DNA from: an uncultured bacterium
Lineage (GTDB): Bacteria; Krumholzibacteriota; Krumholzibacteriia; LZORAL124-64-63
DNA: 64,000 bases
Direction: 5' to 3'
NCBI GenBank assembly: GCA_963727525.1
Contig: CAVSGO010000006.1
Location: 1-64,000 of the forward strand
The stretch's first letter is position 1. Every line of letters starts with the position of its first letter. This document shows, piece after piece, positions 48,952-58,385 of this stretch. The position numbers and the translations under genes are program-made. The notes under the pieces are model-generated. The model saw only the letters and a list, made by a program, of their open reading frames with translations, was not told the origin of the DNA and did not search any database.

Positions 48952-51900
48952 ATGGATACGAAGCTGCTCGTCTTGCTGGCCGCGCTCGCGCTTGCCGCGC
49001 CGGCTCTTGCCGTCACCCGGGTCGTCGATCTGGGTGGAGGTGGCGATTTCATGACCATTCAGCCGGCGATCGACGCATCCGCCAGTGGCGATGTCATCGT
49101 CGTGCACGCCGGGACGTACACCGGCTCCGGCAACACCGGGCTCAATTTCGGTGGGCGCAATCTCACACTGCAGGCGTCGAGTGGTGCCGATGTCACCGTG
49201 ATCGACGCGGAGCAGTCGGCTCGCCTGTTCGTCTTCGCCAGCGGCGAGACCGCGGCGGCCCGGGTCGAGGGGTTCACACTCACGCATGGGCTGAGCGGGA
49301 GTGTCGGCGGGGCGGTGTACATCCAGGATGCGTCGCCAACCTTCGTGGACTGCTATCTCGTGGAGAACAGTAGCGATGCGCACGGCGGCGCCGTGTACGT
49401 GCAGGGTGGGGAACCCAGCTTCGACGGTTGCACCTTCGTGGGCAACACCACGCAGGGGCGCGGGGGCGCGCTCTGGATCGACGGCGCCGCCTTCGTCACC
49501 ATCGACCAGGCCACGATCACGGGCAACACGGCCAACCTGAGCGGCCTTTCGCACAACGGCGGTGGGCTGGTCGTTTCGGGCGATTCGCATCTCCAGCTCA
49601 CGCGGTCGATTCTCTGGGGCAACCGCGCGGGCGACTTCGATGATCTCTACGTGCTCGGCACGTCGTCGGCGGCGATCTCGTGCTGCGATGTCGACAGCGG
49701 CGGGATCGGCGGGGCAGGGGGCGTGGACTACGGCGCGGGTGTCGTCGTCAGCGATCCGCATTTCTGCCAGCCGGCCTATTGCCGCGCGTCGCCCTGGGGT
49801 GATGGCGACTATGGACTGGCCGCCAACTCGCCCTGCCTCCCCACGAACAACGCCTGCGGCGAGCGGATCGGCGCCTGGCCGCAGTCCTGTGGCGAGGTGG
49901 TGGTGTGGACCGGCGGTGCCGGCACCACGGCGTGGGAGAACCCGAACAACTGGAGCACGCACAATCTACCGGGACCGGGGGACAACGTGCAGATCACCAC
50001 GGGGGACGTGGTGCTGGCATCGACGGCCGAGATCGGTATTCTCACGCAGTGCAGTGAGAGCGACGACTCCGACCTCACGCTCACGATCACGACGGGCGGT
50101 CACCTGCTGCTCGCGTCCGGCGTCACCGACAAGGAAGTGCATGTGGCCACCGTCACTTCCGACAAGACGGTGATCGAGAACGGAGGTGAGGCGAGCACCG
50201 GCACGAACAACGTTCCGCAGCTCTGGCATCTCCTGGGCGAGTTCGATCTGAATAACGGTCACGTGAACGGCGCCCTCACCCTGGACGGTTCGGGGGCGGC
50301 CAATTCCAGTGGTAACAGTTCGCTGGGCCACGACACCAGTGTCATCAACCGCGGGCACACGCCGAACAAGGTGGCAGGCGCACCTGGTCTGAACGTGGTG
50401 AGCGGTACGCTCACGGTGGACGGCACGCTAAAGAACCACGGCGACATCAGCATCGCCGGCGGCGCCGCGCTGCAGCTCGGCGGCACGCTCGATAATCTCG
50501 CCGACGGGGCCATCGCGCTGGAAGGCAGCATCACCGGCAACGGCAGCCTATCCAATCGCGGCGCCATGACCAAGACGGGTGCGACTGCGAGCGATGTCGT
50601 GCCCGGCGTGACCAACCTGCGCGACGCCGGTGGTGCCGGCACCATCGTCGTGAGCGAGAACGTGTGGCGCGTGGGTGGCGCGTTCAGCAACAGTGGACTC
50701 GTGGGCATCGCCGACGGCGCCACGCTGCGGCGTACGGGTACGATCACCAATGCGGCCGACGGCATCATCCAGCTTGCCGGCAACATCGGCGGTGGTGGCC
50801 TGCTCACCAATCAGGGGCTGGTGCAGCGCAGTGGCGCCGGCACCAGTACCGTGACCGGCACCATCGCGAACACCGCCGACTTGGACACGGGCGACCGGGG
50901 TCGGTTGCTCGTGCCGACCGGGGCCTTGAACCTGACCACGCTACGCAGCGACGGCATCGTCGATGTGAGCGCGGGCGCCGCGCTCACCGTCACGAGTGAA
51001 CTCATCAGCGGCGACGACGCGCGGCTTTCCGGGGGCGGCTCCGTCGACGTGGTGACAGCCTCGTTCACCAACACCGGCCGCGTGCGGCCCGGCGCCTCGC
51101 CCGGTACGCTCACCGTGGTGGGCGACTACCCGTCCACGCCGTCCACGCGCCTCTTCGTGGAGCTGGGCGGCACGGCGCCCGGCACCCAGTACGACCGGCT
51201 CGTCGCCACGGGCACGGCCACGCTCGGTGGTGCGATGCACGTGGCGCTGATCAACGGCTTCGTGCCCAGCGTCGGCGATACGTTCACCGTGCTCACGGCG
51301 GCGAGCGTGCTTGCGACGTTCGACTGCGTGTCCGGCCTGCCCGTGGCGCCCGGTTTGCGCCTGGTGCCGAGCGTGCTGAGCGACCGCGTGCTACTCGTGG
51401 CCACGGCGGGCGACGATGGCGATCAAGCCCCTCTGGCGGTGCGCGACGACGTGATCGTGTCCGACAGCCTACCCTCGACGTTGTCGCCGCTGGCCAACGA
51501 TAGCGATCCCGATGGCGACGGACTCACCCTGGTGAGCGTGATCGTGGCGGCCACCGCAGGCACGGCGCGGGTGAGCGTGGACGGCGAGACCATCACCTAC
51601 TGGCCGCCGGCCGCGTCCACAGCGCTGGACAGCCTCGTCTACGTGGTCACCGACTGCGCCGGCGCAGTCGATTCGGCCACCGTGGTGCTGCACCTGGCCA
51701 ACACCACGGCCACGCCCGATCCGCCCGAGCCGTTGCCCGATGCGGCGTACAAGCTGTACCCGAACACGCCCAATCCGTTCAACCCGTTCACGAGCATCCG
51801 TTTCGACGTGGCGCGGCCGGGGCCGATGCGCGTGGCGATCTACGATCTGCGCGGCCGCCTCGTGCAGACGCTCACCGATGGCTTCCACGCGGCCGGTACC

Positions 51901-52023
51901 TATGCCACGTCATGGCTCGGGCAGGACGCCCTCGGGCAGTCCGTGGCCTCGGGGGTGTACGTGGCGCGCCTCGAGGCGCCGGGCCGGGTGGTGGCCACGC
52001 GCAAGCTCACGCTCGTACGGTGA
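48952..52023 (+). CDS. Large secreted protein: right-handed beta-helix, autotransporter-passenger-like repeats, cadherin/Ig-like and FlgD-like domains
   Basis: GGGAGG RBS, TIQPAID, GGAVY repeats, PGASPGTLTV, LANDSDPDGD, PNPFNP. Confidence 0.85.
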   Translation: MDTKLLVLLAALALAAPALAVTRVVDLGGGGDFMTIQPAIDASASGDVIVVHAGTYTGSGNTGLNFGGRNLTLQASSGADVTVIDAEQSARLFVFASGETAAARVEGFTLTHGLSGSVGGAVYIQDASPTFVDCYLVENSSDAHGGAVYVQGGEPSFDGCTFVGNTTQGRGGALWIDGAAFVTIDQATITGNTANLSGLSHNGGGLVVSGDSHLQLTRSILWGNRAGDFDDLYVLGTSSAAISCCDVDSGGIGGAGGVDYGAGVVVSDPHFCQPAYCRASPWGDGDYGLAANSPCLPTNNACGERIGAWPQSCGEVVVWTGGAGTTAWENPNNWSTHNLPGPGDNVQITTGDVVLASTAEIGILTQCSESDDSDLTLTITTGGHLLLASGVTDKEVHVATVTSDKTVIENGGEASTGTNNVPQLWHLLGEFDLNNGHVNGALTLDGSGAANSSGNSSLGHDTSVINRGHTPNKVAGAPGLNVVSGTLTVDGTLKNHGDISIAGGAALQLGGTLDNLADGAIALEGSITGNGSLSNRGAMTKTGATASDVVPGVTNLRDAGGAGTIVVSENVWRVGGAFSNSGLVGIADGATLRRTGTITNAADGIIQLAGNIGGGGLLTNQGLVQRSGAGTSTVTGTIANTADLDTGDRGRLLVPTGALNLTTLRSDGIVDVSAGAALTVTSELISGDDARLSGGGSVDVVTASFTNTGRVRPGASPGTLTVVGDYPSTPSTRLFVELGGTAPGTQYDRLVATGTATLGGAMHVALINGFVPSVGDTFTVLTAASVLATFDCVSGLPVAPGLRLVPSVLSDRVLLVATAGDDGDQAPLAVRDDVIVSDSLPSTLSPLANDSDPDGDGLTLVSVIVAATAGTARVSVDGETITYWPPAASTALDSLVYVVTDCAGAVDSATVVLHLANTTATPDPPEPLPDAAYKLYPNTPNPFNPFTSIRFDVARPGPMRVAIYDLRGRLVQTLTDGFHAAGTYATSWLGQDALGQSVASGVYVARLEAPGRVVATRKLTLVR

Positions 52024-52045
52024 CGGCGCGCACCGGGAGGTGCCC

Positions 52046-52627
52046 ATGACGGAAGAATCGCGGGTCGACGTGACGCGCATGCTGCAGTCCATCGAAGGTT
52101 CGGCCGCCGACGAAGGCGCGGCCAATCGCCTCTTCGCGGCCGTCTATGACGAGCTGCACGGCATCGCCGCCGGGCTCATGCGCCGCGAGCGTGACGACCA
52201 CACCCTGCAGCCCACGGCCCTCGTGCACGAGGCGTACATGCGCCTCGTCGACCAGACCCGGGCCGACTGGCAGAACCGTGCCCACTTCTACGGCATCGCC
52301 GCGCGCGCGATGCGCCAGATCCTGGTGGATCACGCGCGCAAGCACACCGCCGACAAGCGCGGTGGCCAGTGGCGCCGCGTGACCCTGGACGACAACGTGG
52401 CCGAGGCCGAGCAACTCTCCCTCGATATCCTCGCCGTACACGAGGCCCTCGAGCAACTCGCCCTCCGGGACGAGCGCATGGCGAAGGTGGTGGAGCTGCG
52501 CATCTTCGCGGGCCTGCACGCGCGCGAGGCCGCGCACGTGCTCGGGGTGTCGAAGCGCACCGTGGACGAGGACTGGCGCGTGGCGCGCATGCTGCTGGGC
52601 CGCGCGCTGTCGGCGGGCGCGGATTGA
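52046..52627 (+). CDS. ECF sigma factor of the Ser/Thr-kinase-associated type
   Basis: VYDELHGIA, HTLQPTALVHEAYMRL, WQNRAHF, MRQILVDHAR...KRGG, VVELRIFAGL; GGGAGG RBS. Confidence 0.92.
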   Translation: MTEESRVDVTRMLQSIEGSAADEGAANRLFAAVYDELHGIAAGLMRRERDDHTLQPTALVHEAYMRLVDQTRADWQNRAHFYGIAARAMRQILVDHARKHTADKRGGQWRRVTLDDNVAEAEQLSLDILAVHEALEQLALRDERMAKVVELRIFAGLHAREAAHVLGVSKRTVDEDWRVARMLLGRALSAGAD

Positions 52628-55287
52628 TGAACGACGAGCGCTTCGCCCGGTTGCGCGCCATCCTGCTGCATGCCGCCGACCTGCCGGTCGACGCGCGCAG
52701 TGCCTACCTTGGCGATGCCTGCGCCGGCGACGCGGAGCTGCGGGCCGAGGTGGAGGCGCTTCTGCCCCATGACGTGGATGCGCCGTCGATCGTCGCCACG
52801 TCCGGCCTTGGCCGTCGTCTCGCCGCGGAGGCGGGGCAGGCATTCCTGCGCGCGCCGAACGCCGCACCCCCGGAGCGCATCGGTCCCTATCGTATCCTGG
52901 AGGTGCTCGGCGAGGGCGGCATGGGCGTGGTCTATCGCGCGGAGCAGGAGGAGCCCATACGCCGCGAGGTGGCGCTCAAGCTCGTGCGCTGGGGCTTCGA
53001 CACCGATCAGGTGGCCACGCGCTTCGCCGCCGAACGCCAGGTGCTGGCGCGCATGGAACACCCGCACATCGCGCGCGTGCTCGACGCCGGTCAGGACGAC
53101 GCCGGCCGACCTTACTTCGTGATGGAGCTGGTGCGGGGTGTGCCCATCACGGCGTACTGCGAGCAGCACGCGCTGTCGGTCGACGGCCGGCTGGCCCTAA
53201 TGCTCGCCATCTGTCGCGCCGTGCAGCATGCGCATCAGAAGGGCGTGATCCACCGCGACCTCAAGCCCTCGAACCTGCTCGTGAGCGAGAGCGATGGCGC
53301 GCCGCTGCCCAAGGTGATCGACTTTGGTATTGCCAAGGCTCTCGACCAGGCCGACGACGGTCTCACGCGCGAGGGCCAGCCCATCGGCACGGTGCGCTAC
53401 ATGAGCCCGGAGCAGGCGCGCGGCGTGAGCAGCGAGATCGACGTGCGCAGCGATGTGTATGCCCTCGGCGTGATCCTCTACGAGCTGCTCACCGGGGCGC
53501 CACCCTACGTCGCCGATGAGACCTCGCTGATCGGTCAGATGCGGGTGGTGATCGAGGCGCCGCCCCGGTCGTTTCGCGAGACCGCACCCGCCGATCGCCA
53601 CCTCGACGCTGACCTGGAGACGATCGTCCGCAAGGCCCTGGCGAAGGACCCGGCCGAACGCTACCAGAGCGCCGCTGCCCTGGGTGAGGACATCGAGCGC
53701 TTCCAGGCCTCGCTACCCATCCTCGCGCGCCCGCCCAGCGCCATGTATCAGCTCCGCAAACTGGTGGCGCGCAACCGCGTGCCATCGACATTGATCGCGG
53801 GCATCGTGCTGCTGATCGTGGGCTTCGGCATCTGGATGAGCGTGCTCTACGTGCGATCGGCGCGCAATCTGCGCCGCGCCGTCGTCGCCGAGAGCGAGTC
53901 GCGTCAGGTGACGGACTTCGTCACCGGTCTGTTCGAGATCTCGCATCCGAGCGAGTCGCGCGGCAATGCGGTGACGGCGCGCGAGATCCTCGACACCGGC
54001 GCCGAGAAGATCGAGACCGAACTGGGCGATCAGCCGGAGGTGCAGGAGCGGCTGCTGCACACGCTCGGCGTGGTGTACTCGGGTCTGGGGCTCTATGACA
54101 GATCGGGAGAGCTGCTGGAGGCCGCCCTCGCGCGCCGTCGCGCCGTCGGCCACGATGACAACCTCGAGGTCGCGTCGGTGCTCACCGACCTGGGCGCCAT
54201 CTATCGCACGCGCGGCCAGGTCGCCCAGGCCGACACCGCCTACCAGGCTGCCCTGGACATCCGCCAGCGTCTGCTGCCCGCCACCGACTGGCGCGTGGCC
54301 GCGGCCGAGGCCAACGTCGGCGGGATCCGGGCGCTGCAGGGCCAGACCGACGAGGCGGCCCGGATGCTCGTGGACGCCGCCTCCTCGCTCGAAGCCCACG
54401 CGCCGGCCGGCTCGCTCGAGCTGCCGGCCACCTGGAACAGCCTGGCGCAGGTGCGCAAGGCGCAGCGCGATTTCGCCGCCGCCGAGTCGCTCGACACGCG
54501 GGCCCTCGCCCGTCGCGAGGAGCTGCTGCCGCCCGACCACCCGGAGATCGCCGAGTCGCTCAACAACCTCGCCGCCCTCTACTGGGCCCAGGGTCGTCTC
54601 GACGAGGCGGCACCCCTGGCCGAGCGCGCCCTCGCCATCCAGGAGAAGATCCTCGGCGCCGACCACCCCGACTTCGCCCTGGCGTTGCTCAACCAGGCCG
54701 CCATCGACCAGGACGTGGGCCGCCTCGAGATCGCCGAGCGCGAGCTGACGCGCGCGGTGGGCATTCTCGAGCGCAGCCTCGGCCCCGACGACGTGCAGGT
54801 GGCGTACGCCCTGAACAACCTCGGCACCCTGTACCGCAAGCAGGACCGCCTGGATCTCGCCGCGTCCACCCTCGAGCGTTCCCTCGCGATCAAGCGCGCG
54901 AAGCTGGGCGACGATCACCTCTCGGTGGCTACCGCCCGCAACAACCTCGGTGAGGTGCGCCTGGCTCAGGGCCAGACCCGCATCGCCATCGCACTCTTCA
55001 CCGAGGCCATGGCCATCCGCACGCAGCACTACGGCGGCGACGACGCCCGCACGGCATTGCCCATGCACAACCTCGGCCTCGCGTATCTGAAGTCCGGCCG
55101 GCTGGACTCGGCAAGCGCCGACCTCGACCGCGCCCTCGCCATTCGCGTCGCGAAGCTGGGCCCGGTGCACGTGCGGATCGCGGAATCCCTGGAGGCCTGC
55201 GCCGAGCTGGCGCGGAAACTGGGGCAGAGTGCGAGGGCGGACTCCTTGCTGGCGCGAGCGAAGGCGGTACGGGGGAAGCTCGAGTAG
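52627..55287 (+). CDS. Ser/Thr kinase with TM segment and C-terminal TPR repeats
   Basis: LGEGGMG, HRDLKPSN, DFG, YMSPEQ; TM; SLNNLA-type TPRs; TGATG overlap with the sigma gene. Confidence 0.93.
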   Translation: MNDERFARLRAILLHAADLPVDARSAYLGDACAGDAELRAEVEALLPHDVDAPSIVATSGLGRRLAAEAGQAFLRAPNAAPPERIGPYRILEVLGEGGMGVVYRAEQEEPIRREVALKLVRWGFDTDQVATRFAAERQVLARMEHPHIARVLDAGQDDAGRPYFVMELVRGVPITAYCEQHALSVDGRLALMLAICRAVQHAHQKGVIHRDLKPSNLLVSESDGAPLPKVIDFGIAKALDQADDGLTREGQPIGTVRYMSPEQARGVSSEIDVRSDVYALGVILYELLTGAPPYVADETSLIGQMRVVIEAPPRSFRETAPADRHLDADLETIVRKALAKDPAERYQSAAALGEDIERFQASLPILARPPSAMYQLRKLVARNRVPSTLIAGIVLLIVGFGIWMSVLYVRSARNLRRAVVAESESRQVTDFVTGLFEISHPSESRGNAVTAREILDTGAEKIETELGDQPEVQERLLHTLGVVYSGLGLYDRSGELLEAALARRRAVGHDDNLEVASVLTDLGAIYRTRGQVAQADTAYQAALDIRQRLLPATDWRVAAAEANVGGIRALQGQTDEAARMLVDAASSLEAHAPAGSLELPATWNSLAQVRKAQRDFAAAESLDTRALARREELLPPDHPEIAESLNNLAALYWAQGRLDEAAPLAERALAIQEKILGADHPDFALALLNQAAIDQDVGRLEIAERELTRAVGILERSLGPDDVQVAYALNNLGTLYRKQDRLDLAASTLERSLAIKRAKLGDDHLSVATARNNLGEVRLAQGQTRIAIALFTEAMAIRTQHYGGDDARTALPMHNLGLAYLKSGRLDSASADLDRALAIRVAKLGPVHVRIAESLEACAELARKLGQSARADSLLARAKAVRGKLE

Positions 55288-55417
55288 GAACGCGGATGAC
55301 ATGCCCCGGGCCCGACCTGTATCCTGGGCGAGCCAGCGGCCGCTGGAGGTGGGCGAAGATCCGATCCTGGCGTTCGTGACCCGCATGGTCGACGATAGCG
55401 CTACGGGAGGTGCGCCG

Positions 55418-56074
55418 ATGTCGATCACCGCAGACGAGGAACGCCGGATCCAGGCAACCGCCGATCAGCTCGAGGCGAGGACCGGCGTGCAGGTGCTCGC
55501 GGCCGTCATCGGGAAGGCGGATCACTATCCGGAGGTACCCTGGAAGGCGTTCGCCCTGGCCGCGGCTCTGGCGGCTTCCGTCCTCATCGTGCGAGCCTTC
55601 GTGGCTCCATCCTGGTTCGCACCCTTCGATGCCGCCATGGACGCCGTGGTCGTGCTCGGGGTCGGCATGCTCGCGGCCGTGCTGGCGGCCTGCTGGCCGC
55701 CGCTGGCCCGCCGGATCGTCGGGTCCCCACGGCTGCAGGGCGAGGTCGAGCAATATGCGCGAGCGTTCTTCCTCGAACGCGAGCTGTTCGCGACGCGCGA
55801 GCGCAACGGCATCCTCCTGCTGATCAGTCTCTTCGAGCGCAAGGTCGTCGTGCTGCCGGACAGCGGCGTCGCGGCTCGGCTGAGCGACGGCGCCCTGGCC
55901 GGGGTGATCGATGGCATGCGCACTCCACTCGCTCGCGGTCGGCGAGCCGAGGCGGTGCTGGCGGGCCTCACGGCCCTCGAGAACGCGCTGCTCGCCGCCG
56001 GCGTGCGTGAGACAGCGGGAGGTCCGGACGAGATTCCGTCCGAGTTCGTCGAGGACAGGGGGGAGGAGCGATGA
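55418..56074 (+). CDS. TPM-domain membrane protein
   Basis: EARTGVQV, TRERNGILLLISLFERKVVVLPDSG; GGGAGG RBS. Confidence 0.85.
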   Translation: MSITADEERRIQATADQLEARTGVQVLAAVIGKADHYPEVPWKAFALAAALAASVLIVRAFVAPSWFAPFDAAMDAVVVLGVGMLAAVLAACWPPLARRIVGSPRLQGEVEQYARAFFLERELFATRERNGILLLISLFERKVVVLPDSGVAARLSDGALAGVIDGMRTPLARGRRAEAVLAGLTALENALLAAGVRETAGGPDEIPSEFVEDRGEER

Positions 56075-57036
56075 GAACGCGCCTGCGCAACGCCGGCACC
56101 CTGGTCGTCACTCTCCTTGTCGTGACCATGGCCAGCGCCACGCGTGGCGAGGTGGCGGTTCCCTATCTTACCGGCCGCGTCGTCGACACGGCAGAGATCC
56201 TGGGTTCGGACGCCAGGGCACGGGTCACCGAGCACCTGCGTGCCCACGAGGAGCGTAGCGGCGACCAGATCGCAGTGCTCACGATACCCAGCCTCGAGGG
56301 CGAGAGCGTTGAAGACTTCGCCCAGCGGGTCTTCGAGGCATGGCGGCTGGGTCAAGCCGACCGCGATAACGGCGTGTTGATGGTGGTGGCCGCCGCGGAT
56401 CGTCGGATGCGCATCCAGGTCGGATATGGCCTGGAGCCCACGCTCACGGATCTCGCCGCGGGGCGCATCATCCGCAACGTCATCACGCCGCCTTTCCGCG
56501 AGGGCGACTACGACGCGGGCGTCGAGGCCGGTGTGGACGCGATCGTCGCTGTTCTCGAAGGACAAGGTGCTCCTGCGGAAGCACCTGTGGCGGAGAGTCA
56601 TCATGCGAATTTCCACATGGAAGGCCCCGACCTGTCGGTCATGGAACGCATTCTTTTCGGCGCCTTCATCTTCGGCATCATCGGTCTCTTCACGGTGCTC
56701 GGCGTGCTGATGCCGGGCGGCGGCTGGGCTCTCTACCCCTTCCTCATCCCCTTCTGGGCGACCTTCCCGATCGTCGTCGTCGGCGTGCGCGGGGCCTTCG
56801 TGCTGCTCATCGCCTACCTCGTGCTCTTCCCTGTTGCCAAGATCCTGGTGTCGCGGTCTCCCCGGTACCGGCACGCCCGCCACGCGCTGAAGACGAAGGG
56901 TGTCGCCCATGTCGGAGGTTTCACCTTCGGCGGCGGCGGTAGCGCCGGTTCGCATGGCTCGTGGAGCTCTGGCAGTAGCAGCTTCTCCGGCGGCGGCGGG
57001 CATTCCGGCGGCGGCGGTGCTTCCGGAAGCTGGTGA
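56071..57036 (+). CDS. TPM-domain (YgcG-like) protein with Gly-rich tail
   Basis: GRVVDTAEIL, DNGVL, RIQVGYGLE, FSGGGGHSGGGGASGSW. Confidence 0.92.
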   Translation: MRTRLRNAGTLVVTLLVVTMASATRGEVAVPYLTGRVVDTAEILGSDARARVTEHLRAHEERSGDQIAVLTIPSLEGESVEDFAQRVFEAWRLGQADRDNGVLMVVAAADRRMRIQVGYGLEPTLTDLAAGRIIRNVITPPFREGDYDAGVEAGVDAIVAVLEGQGAPAEAPVAESHHANFHMEGPDLSVMERILFGAFIFGIIGLFTVLGVLMPGGGWALYPFLIPFWATFPIVVVGVRGAFVLLIAYLVLFPVAKILVSRSPRYRHARHALKTKGVAHVGGFTFGGGGSAGSHGSWSSGSSSFSGGGGHSGGGGASGSW

Positions 57037-57242
57037 TCTGCTGCGCTGGCCAGCAGATCCGGAATAAGTGCTGCAGCACGAGGCGCGGTTTCCGCCCGAA
57101 CATCCAGGGATCAACGGAATCGGAGCGAAGTTGAGGCTGCGATGCCAGCAGGCGCGTTTGCGCCAGCGCGAATACCGGAGGATCATGGTGGCAAGGCAGG
57201 ATGGTTCGACCTGCCTTCACCCTCGATCCGGAGGCGACGATC

Positions 57243-57695
57243 ATGGCGTTCGTGCACAACATGGCCGAAGACAGTGTCGGCATCGTGTGGATCTATGACG
57301 TGAATTTCAGCGTGGGGCCCGGCCGCCGCAACCATCAGGCCGATGTCCAGCTCGTGCAGCACGGGCTCAACACGCTGCTGGCCCCGCTGGTCATCCCCGG
57401 CAAGAACGGGTTGCCCATCAAGAACTACCTGAAGCGCGATGGTATCTACGGACGGAAGACGTCCGAGGCGATTCACGGATTCCAGAAACGGTTGCAACAG
57501 CTCGGCCTGTTCGTTGCTTCCGACGGGATCGTGAGTCCGTCCAGCCCGTCGGGCTGGAACAAGGACGGCTCCCGACAATACACCATCGTCTATCTCAACC
57601 GCATGCACCGCGATATCTATGGCACGATGATGGACGAAGAGCAGTTCCCGGAGCCGTTGAAGTCCAACGTGAAAGCGAATGCCGTCGTTGGATGA
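57243..57695 (+). CDS. Peptidoglycan-binding-domain (PG_binding_1-like) protein
   Basis: SVG...N...DVQLVQHGLN...DGIYGRKTSEAIHGFQ...DGIVSP; GGAGG RBS. Confidence 0.75.
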   Translation: MAFVHNMAEDSVGIVWIYDVNFSVGPGRRNHQADVQLVQHGLNTLLAPLVIPGKNGLPIKNYLKRDGIYGRKTSEAIHGFQKRLQQLGLFVASDGIVSPSSPSGWNKDGSRQYTIVYLNRMHRDIYGTMMDEEQFPEPLKSNVKANAVVG

Positions 57696-57726
57696 CAGAT
57701 GGTGACTCGATTCGTCGCGGGCGCGA

Positions 57727-58368
57727 TCAGCGCCGATCCAGCGCCAGCCGCAGGCCGAGTCCCACGAGGACCAACCCGCATACCGCTTCCAGGCGACGAC
57801 GCACCGCCGACCGCATGAGCTGGCGGCGGGCGGCGTCGGCCAGGAACGAGACGCCGGTGAGCCAGACGAGGCCCTCGGCGCCGTGGATAGCGGCCAGCAG
57901 GAGCGACTTGCGCAGGACCGGGTCGCCGGGGCTGATGAACTGGGGCAGGAAGGCAAGGTAGAAGACGGCGACCTTCGGGTTCAGAACGTTGCAGAGAAAA
58001 CCGTCGAGCAGGCATCGTCCGGTGGCTGTGGGCATCGGGACCGGCCCGTCCGGCGTCATGGCGGCGCCGTGGCGCTGACCACGGAAGGCTTCCCACAGGG
58101 ACCGTGCGCCGAGCCAGACCAGGTAGCAAGCTCCCGCGAGCTTGACGGCGCCGAACAGCTCGGCCGAGCGGGTCAGGATCACGGAGACGCCGATGGCCGA
58201 CAGGGTGGCGTGGACGAAGAGGCCGGCACAGATACCCCACATGGTGGCCAGTCCGTCGCGGCGACCGCCGCGCAGCACGCTGCGCAGGACGAGCATGGTG
58301 TCGGCGCCCGGCGTGATCGTCAGCACGCCGGCGACGAGGGTGAAGGCGAGGACCTGGGAGTCGAACAT
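57727..58368 (-). CDS. LysE/RhtB family exporter
   Basis: TPGADTMLV, GACYLVWLG, NVLNPKVAVFYLAFLPQF. Confidence 0.93.
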   Translation of the reverse strand: MFDSQVLAFTLVAGVLTITPGADTMLVLRSVLRGGRRDGLATMWGICAGLFVHATLSAIGVSVILTRSAELFGAVKLAGACYLVWLGARSLWEAFRGQRHGAAMTPDGPVPMPTATGRCLLDGFLCNVLNPKVAVFYLAFLPQFISPGDPVLRKSLLLAAIHGAEGLVWLTGVSFLADAARRQLMRSAVRRRLEAVCGLVLVGLGLRLALDRR

Positions 58369-58385
58369 CGCGAGGCCTTCCGTGT

